Positions 60,456-64,000 of a stretch of 64,000 nucleotides of DNA are shown here, one piece after another; the stretch's first letter is position 1; each line of letters begins with the position of its first letter. The DNA is taken from positions 180 to 64,179 of the forward strand of contig JBHPFA010000002.1 in the NCBI GenBank assembly GCA_042572295.1. The letters run 5' to 3'. Made by a program: the position numbers and the translations under genes. A model generated the notes under the pieces. It was given only the letters and a program-made list of their open reading frames with translations, made no database searches and was not told where the DNA came from. Source of the stretch: Nanobdellota archaeon (lineage in GTDB: Archaea; Nanobdellota; Nanobdellia; Pacearchaeales; JAHJTO01).

Positions 60456-60488
60456 ACATAAAAACTATGATTTGGAGATAAATATAAG

Positions 60489-60686
60489 ATGATAATACCA
60501 ATTAGATGTTTCACATGCGGAAAACCTATTGCACATTTGTGGGATAAGTTTAAACAGCGTGTTGAAGCAGGCGAAGAAGCAAAGAAGGTTCTTGAAGAAC
60601 TTGGTCTAGAAAGATATTGCTGTAGATCAATGTTCATGGGACATGTTGACTTACTTGAGATTGTAAGCAAGTTCAAGAAAGCTTAA
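60489..60686 (+). CDS. rpoN: DNA-directed RNA polymerase subunit Rpo10 (RpoN)
   Basis: 65 aa. MIIPIRCFTCGKPIAHLW...GLERYCCRSM is the Rpb10/RpoN zinc motif. Confidence 0.9.
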   Translation: MIIPIRCFTCGKPIAHLWDKFKQRVEAGEEAKKVLEELGLERYCCRSMFMGHVDLLEIVSKFKKA

Positions 60687-60751
60687 GCACTGTTACTTTA
60701 AAGTAGTTACTTATAACAAGATTTAAATAGTTCTATTGAATATGCTCTTTA

Positions 60752-61936
60752 ATGAAAGATCAAGTAAAAACAATTCTCGAAGGCATTGAATCAACATTTC
60801 TTTCTGATGAAAAATATAATGGGAAAAACCCAAAAGAAGATCTAAAATTAGTCAATTATCTGAAGTCTCAATATTACATGGGAACTGGCGATGCTTGGGA
60901 GATCATTAAGCTAGTACGTAATCCTTTAACTTATTCAAATGAGATAAATAAAAAATTGGGAGATGTCAAATACAAAGCAACACCTGAAAGAGTTGTTGGA
61001 GTGTGTAAGTCAGCCCATAAATTAGAAAGAATAGTTAATGAGTATCTAGATATTAGAGGATTCGTAGATGGCCTAAATGACAATTTCTGGACAGATAAAA
61101 TAGGCTTGACTATGTCGACTTTCTTTTGGAGTACTGAAAACCCTGGATTTGAAAAAGAAATAAATGAACTAGAAGTTCCATTTAAGAACCCTGAAGACCC
61201 TCTTAATTTTTCATATAAAGAGACTAAAGAGGCTATAACAAATATTTTTTTGGAAGCAAATAAGAAAGGAATTGATAATGACCAAGATTTTGGAAAATTC
61301 GTTGGAGATTATATCTCTAAAAAAAATGAGGAAGAAGATATAAGCCATTTAGGTAATAGAAGCGCCATGATATGGGAAATTTATAAAAGATTTTTGAATA
61401 CTGCAATCAAGGAATTTGATTGGGAAGGAGGATTATCAAAAGCGGAATATTCTAGTGAGGTAAAACACATCAGTAAAGCATTCTTACCTTCAGAGAAGAT
61501 TATAAAGAATGTTCTTAGAGATCAAGTAAGTGATAGAATTATGTATAGGAGACAAGCATTAGAGGGTTATTTAACAAATCCTGCTTTTGTGGAAGGTCCA
61601 GTTGAAAGCTATGATAATTTAATGGATTATTTTAAGGAAATGATTGCAGTTCATGGGAAAAATATTGAAGATACTAAGATAAAACTTGGCTCTAAAAACA
61701 TTGGAGATAAGGAGATTAGAGAATATGAAGAAGAATTTGAAAGAAAGGGGATAAAATGGCTTGATTTGTCCTATAACCAAACTTTCCTTAATGAAGATAT
61801 TCCTTACTATGTCACAAAAATAGCTTACGTTAAAGAAGAAAAAGAAAAATTACAAGTCTACAAATTCTTATATAAGAACTGTAATTCTGAGAAAAAGTTT
61901 GTCAAGAGATTATTGAATATTGAAGAAGAAAAATAG
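60752..61936 (+). CDS. Hypothetical protein (394 aa, acidic, no family recognised)
   Basis: A long ORF with the local codon bias and no TM segments. I recognise no motif. Confidence 0.5.
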   Translation: MKDQVKTILEGIESTFLSDEKYNGKNPKEDLKLVNYLKSQYYMGTGDAWEIIKLVRNPLTYSNEINKKLGDVKYKATPERVVGVCKSAHKLERIVNEYLDIRGFVDGLNDNFWTDKIGLTMSTFFWSTENPGFEKEINELEVPFKNPEDPLNFSYKETKEAITNIFLEANKKGIDNDQDFGKFVGDYISKKNEEEDISHLGNRSAMIWEIYKRFLNTAIKEFDWEGGLSKAEYSSEVKHISKAFLPSEKIIKNVLRDQVSDRIMYRRQALEGYLTNPAFVEGPVESYDNLMDYFKEMIAVHGKNIEDTKIKLGSKNIGDKEIREYEEEFERKGIKWLDLSYNQTFLNEDIPYYVTKIAYVKEEKEKLQVYKFLYKNCNSEKKFVKRLLNIEEEK

Positions 61937-61949
61937 GTAAATCGCAACC

Positions 61950-61957
61950 TTTAAAAA
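61950..61957 (+). promoter_or_regulatory. TATA-box candidate (TTTAAAAA) for 5S rRNA
   Basis: The box ends 20 nt before the predicted 5S 5' end (61978). It has the same sequence as the tRNA-Gly box. Confidence 0.5.
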
Positions 61958-61977
61958 GTGTTAATTCTCGGTAAAAT

Positions 61978-62090
61978 TGAGGAAGATCCTAATAAGCTGG
62001 AAACACCCGTTCCCATCTGAACACGGAAGTTAAGCAGCTTGTGTTATGGAGTGTACTGGCTTCGGTCGGGAAATCTATAAGTCATCCTCA
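61978..62090 (+). rRNA. 5S ribosomal RNA (ends approximate)
   Basis: The conserved core AAACACCCGTTCCCATCTGAACACGGAAGTTAAGC and GTACTGGCTTCGGTCGGGAA is present. The terminal helix pairs TGAGGA (61978-61983) with TCCTCA (62085-62090). The stretch is GC-richer than its surroundings. Confidence 0.85.
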
Positions 62091-62147
62091 CTTATACTCC
62101 TTTTACGTTAGATTTATTAAGACTTTTTTACTATTTTATTCATTAAA

Positions 62148-62948
62148 ATGGGTGTGTTAAGTAGTTTTGGATTATGGATAAGTAGGTCTGCATTGATCTT
62201 CTTTCTAATTGCTGCAATCTTTACTGCGGGGCTTGTAGACTTAACAAAGAGTGATACAGTTAATTCTGCATTTGAATCGTTGGTTGAAAGTGCTAGTGGT
62301 GGACAATTAAATTTAGAGGAATTAGCTAAAGATATACATCCAGAAGTTGTTAATTTATGTGAAGAAGGAAATAAAGAGACAGTTTCAATACCTGCAGAGG
62401 AAGGGATAAATCTAGAATTTAATTGTGATGATGTTAAATCTAAAGGAGTGGCTGAAGTTAAGAGTGTTCTTGTAAATGAAGTAATCTCTTCAAATATTCC
62501 AGAATCCTCAGAAGATCTTTGTCAAGAAGATAACTGTCTTGGTAATTTTGTAAAGACAATAATTAGCAGTCCTCTTCAAGGAATGTCTATGATTTTGGAT
62601 GAGGATTTTAATAAAGCTGTATCCAAACTTCCTTTAATTCTTTTTATTATTGCGATCCTTGGTGCAATTGGATTAGTTGTATTCTCTTCTGGAATTAGTG
62701 GTAGAATAATGGGTCTCGGATATCCACTTGCAGTAGCTGGTTTGCCTTATTTCGGATTAAGATTGCTAGGTCCTAAAGTTGGAGAAAATTTATCTGGCAA
62801 TGCAGCTTTAATAATTCAGGAGATTCTAGCGAGTGTATCTCTTAGATTCATGATAGTATTGATATTGGGAATTGCCCTATTAGTCATAGGGCTTATCTTG
62901 AAATTCTCATTAGAAGCTGGAAAGAAGAAAGTCGGTGCAAAGAAATAA
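62148..62948 (+). CDS. Hypothetical membrane protein (N-terminal TM, Cys-containing extracytoplasmic domain, 3 C-terminal TM)
   Basis: Hydrophobic segments FGLWISRSALIFFLIAAIFTAGLV, LPLILFIIAILGAIGLVVF, YPLAVAGLPYFGL and FMIVLILGIALLVIGLIL. No family recognised. Confidence 0.5.
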   Translation: MGVLSSFGLWISRSALIFFLIAAIFTAGLVDLTKSDTVNSAFESLVESASGGQLNLEELAKDIHPEVVNLCEEGNKETVSIPAEEGINLEFNCDDVKSKGVAEVKSVLVNEVISSNIPESSEDLCQEDNCLGNFVKTIISSPLQGMSMILDEDFNKAVSKLPLILFIIAILGAIGLVVFSSGISGRIMGLGYPLAVAGLPYFGLRLLGPKVGENLSGNAALIIQEILASVSLRFMIVLILGIALLVIGLILKFSLEAGKKKVGAKK

Positions 62949-63809
62949 TTATTTATTCTTGATGATATAATAAATTTCATTAGAGGTATCTAATTTTGTA
63001 AATTTTAGATTGAGTCTTTTTAACATTAATTCAAACCAAGTTCTTTGTTTGAATTTCATTTCTTTTTGAGATATTGTTTTTGTGGCAAAGCTTGTTATAA
63101 TCCATTTACTTTTTATTGAGGTTAGGAGGGCTTCTACGAGCCTATATTTTCTTTTCTTCGAAAATTCTATAGACTCTATTAACTTAAACATAAAACAAAC
63201 ATCTGTATCCGATAATTTCTTCAATTTATCAAGAGAATCTTCTTCACTTAAATCTAGGATGCTTGCTTTTCCATTTAACCCTTTACTTTTCATTAAATTA
63301 AAATAATCATTTAAGAAGTCTACATCTTCTTTGTTAATCTCAGTTGCAGTATATTGTATTTTCTTAAGGTTCATCCAAGGAAAGGATAAGGGATTTAGTC
63401 CAGAACTTAAATCAAGTATACTTTTAGGATTGGAAGTTATTAAAAATATATCTTTGTATAAACTTTCATAATGTGAGAGTCTTTCTCTAGTCGATATATT
63501 TGTTTTTAAGATTTTTTTGTATACTTCTAAATCTTCAGATTCTTTAAGCTCTTGTAAAAACTTTTCTCTCAAGACTTTCTTTCCTTTTTGAAAAACCCCA
63601 TGAGATTTATGCAGGCCTTTTCTCACTTCTTTGACTGCTTGTTTAAAGAGAGTAGATCTAATCCCTTTTTCTTCTAGTTGTTTTTGGACTTTGGGATTTC
63701 TTTTAAAGAAAAGATTCATTTCCCTCTTAGCAATACTATCTGCAAGTCCTGCAAACTCTTTCTTCTTTTTTATAGATTCTAAAAAGAGTTTTCTCTTATG
63801 TTCTTCCAT
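62949..63809 (-). CDS. FmrO-family (ArmA/RmtB-like) 16S rRNA methyltransferase homologue
   Basis: The protein is colinear with ArmA/RmtB. NISTRERLSHYESLYKDIF matches HASTKERLAELDTLYDFIF. ILDLSSGLNPLSF matches VLDIACGLNPLAL. DVCFMFKLIESIE matches DLALIFKLLPLLE. WIITSFATKTISQKEMKFKQRTWFE matches MAVSFPTRSLGGRGKGMEANYAAWFE. The C-terminal NEIYYIIKNK matches TELIYLIKKNG. Confidence 0.7.
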   Translation of the reverse strand: MEEHKRKLFLESIKKKKEFAGLADSIAKREMNLFFKRNPKVQKQLEEKGIRSTLFKQAVKEVRKGLHKSHGVFQKGKKVLREKFLQELKESEDLEVYKKILKTNISTRERLSHYESLYKDIFLITSNPKSILDLSSGLNPLSFPWMNLKKIQYTATEINKEDVDFLNDYFNLMKSKGLNGKASILDLSEEDSLDKLKKLSDTDVCFMFKLIESIEFSKKRKYRLVEALLTSIKSKWIITSFATKTISQKEMKFKQRTWFELMLKRLNLKFTKLDTSNEIYYIIKNK

Positions 63810-63833
63810 CTAAAAATAAAGAATTTGAAGTTT

Positions 63834-64000
63834 TTAAGCTGATGGCCTCATAGGGCCTGTTGCAATATCAAGAGGAGATTTGATTTTCTTTAATTCCTCT
63901 GTTGAAACATGAGTATATATCTGAGTTGTTGAAAGACTACTGTGTCCAAGCAATTCTTGGATAAAACGAATGTCTGTTCCAGCTTCTAAAAGATGTGTAG
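63834..64000 (-). CDS. Tyrosine recombinase/integrase (XerA/XerC/D-like), C-terminal 55 codons only; rest lies beyond the window
   Basis: My reverse-strand translation: [54 protein letters not shown]-stop. It contains the LLGH...Y catalytic box. Not in the ORF track. Confidence 0.8.
   Translation of the reverse strand, partial: THLLEAGTDIRFIQELLGHSSLSTTQIYTHVSTEELKKIKSPLDIATGPMRPSA

Noticed and set aside
1-64000. Search for CRISPR arrays, IS elements with terminal inverted repeats, long tandem repeats, in-frame stop-codon recoding and obvious pseudogenes.
   Set aside because: Reading through, I saw no regularly spaced direct repeats, no transposase-like ORF other than the edge recombinase, and no long ORF interrupted by a single stop or frameshift. 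The standard genetic code explains all gene models. A computational repeat finder would still be needed to exclude short or degenerate repeats.

Overview
This is an AT-rich archaeal chromosomal window. The evidence is archaeal-type ribosomal proteins, RNA polymerase subunits Rpo3/4/10, AglB, prefoldin alpha, and TATA boxes about 25 nt upstream of RNA genes and of many start codons, which suggests mostly leaderless mRNAs. Layout: (i) 1-5.8 kb holds the tail of the large r-protein operon (uS5-uL30-uL15-SecY), a DUF106-type insertase, prefoldin alpha, PRPP synthetase, a SpoIIM-like protein and an untracked 54-aa zinc-ribbon ORF. (ii) 5.9-54.4 kb is an almost uninterrupted ~48 kb surface-glycoconjugate island. 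It contains AglB plus 2 further GT-C enzymes, a GPT-type initiating transferase, 2 MOP flippases, 11 GT2/GT4/GT9/GT25 domains, 6 radical-SAM enzymes (4 with B12-binding domains), 5 SAM methyltransferases and 4 SDR sugar-nucleotide enzymes. Only a DUF457 gene, secD/secF and two tRNAs interrupt it. (iii) 55.0-60.7 kb is a second r-protein/RNAP block (L21e-RpoF-DUF655-uS13-uS4-uS11-RpoD-tRNA-L18e-uL13-uS9-RpoN) bracketed by two inverted paralogous tRNA-Leu genes. (iv) 60.7-64 kb holds two ORFans, an unlinked 5S rRNA, an ArmA/Rmt (FmrO)-like 16S rRNA methyltransferase homologue and the 3' end of a tyrosine recombinase. The best candidate for an undescribed system is 32.0-40.5 kb. It carries a complete PEP mutase / phosphonopyruvate decarboxylase / AEP transaminase phosphonate pathway with two cytidylyltransferase-type domains, two tandem B12-radical-SAM enzymes and a CDP-alcohol phosphotransferase. 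This predicts a CMP-activated, radical-SAM-modified aminoalkylphosphonate installed on a lipid or glycan. Next to it is a bacterial-style nucleotide-heptose cassette (GmhB, an NTase-CBS-GHMP kinase triple fusion, RmlC-like epimerase, SDRs, a GT9-GT2 fusion). Other oddities are a tRNA-Leu with an apparent A34 anticodon and an HPF/RaiA-like ORF heading a ribosomal operon. The lineage cannot be fixed from this window. Compact overlapping genes and divergent proteins suggest a small-genome (DPANN-like) archaeon, but that is inference only. All family calls rest on motif recognition by eye; no searches were run.
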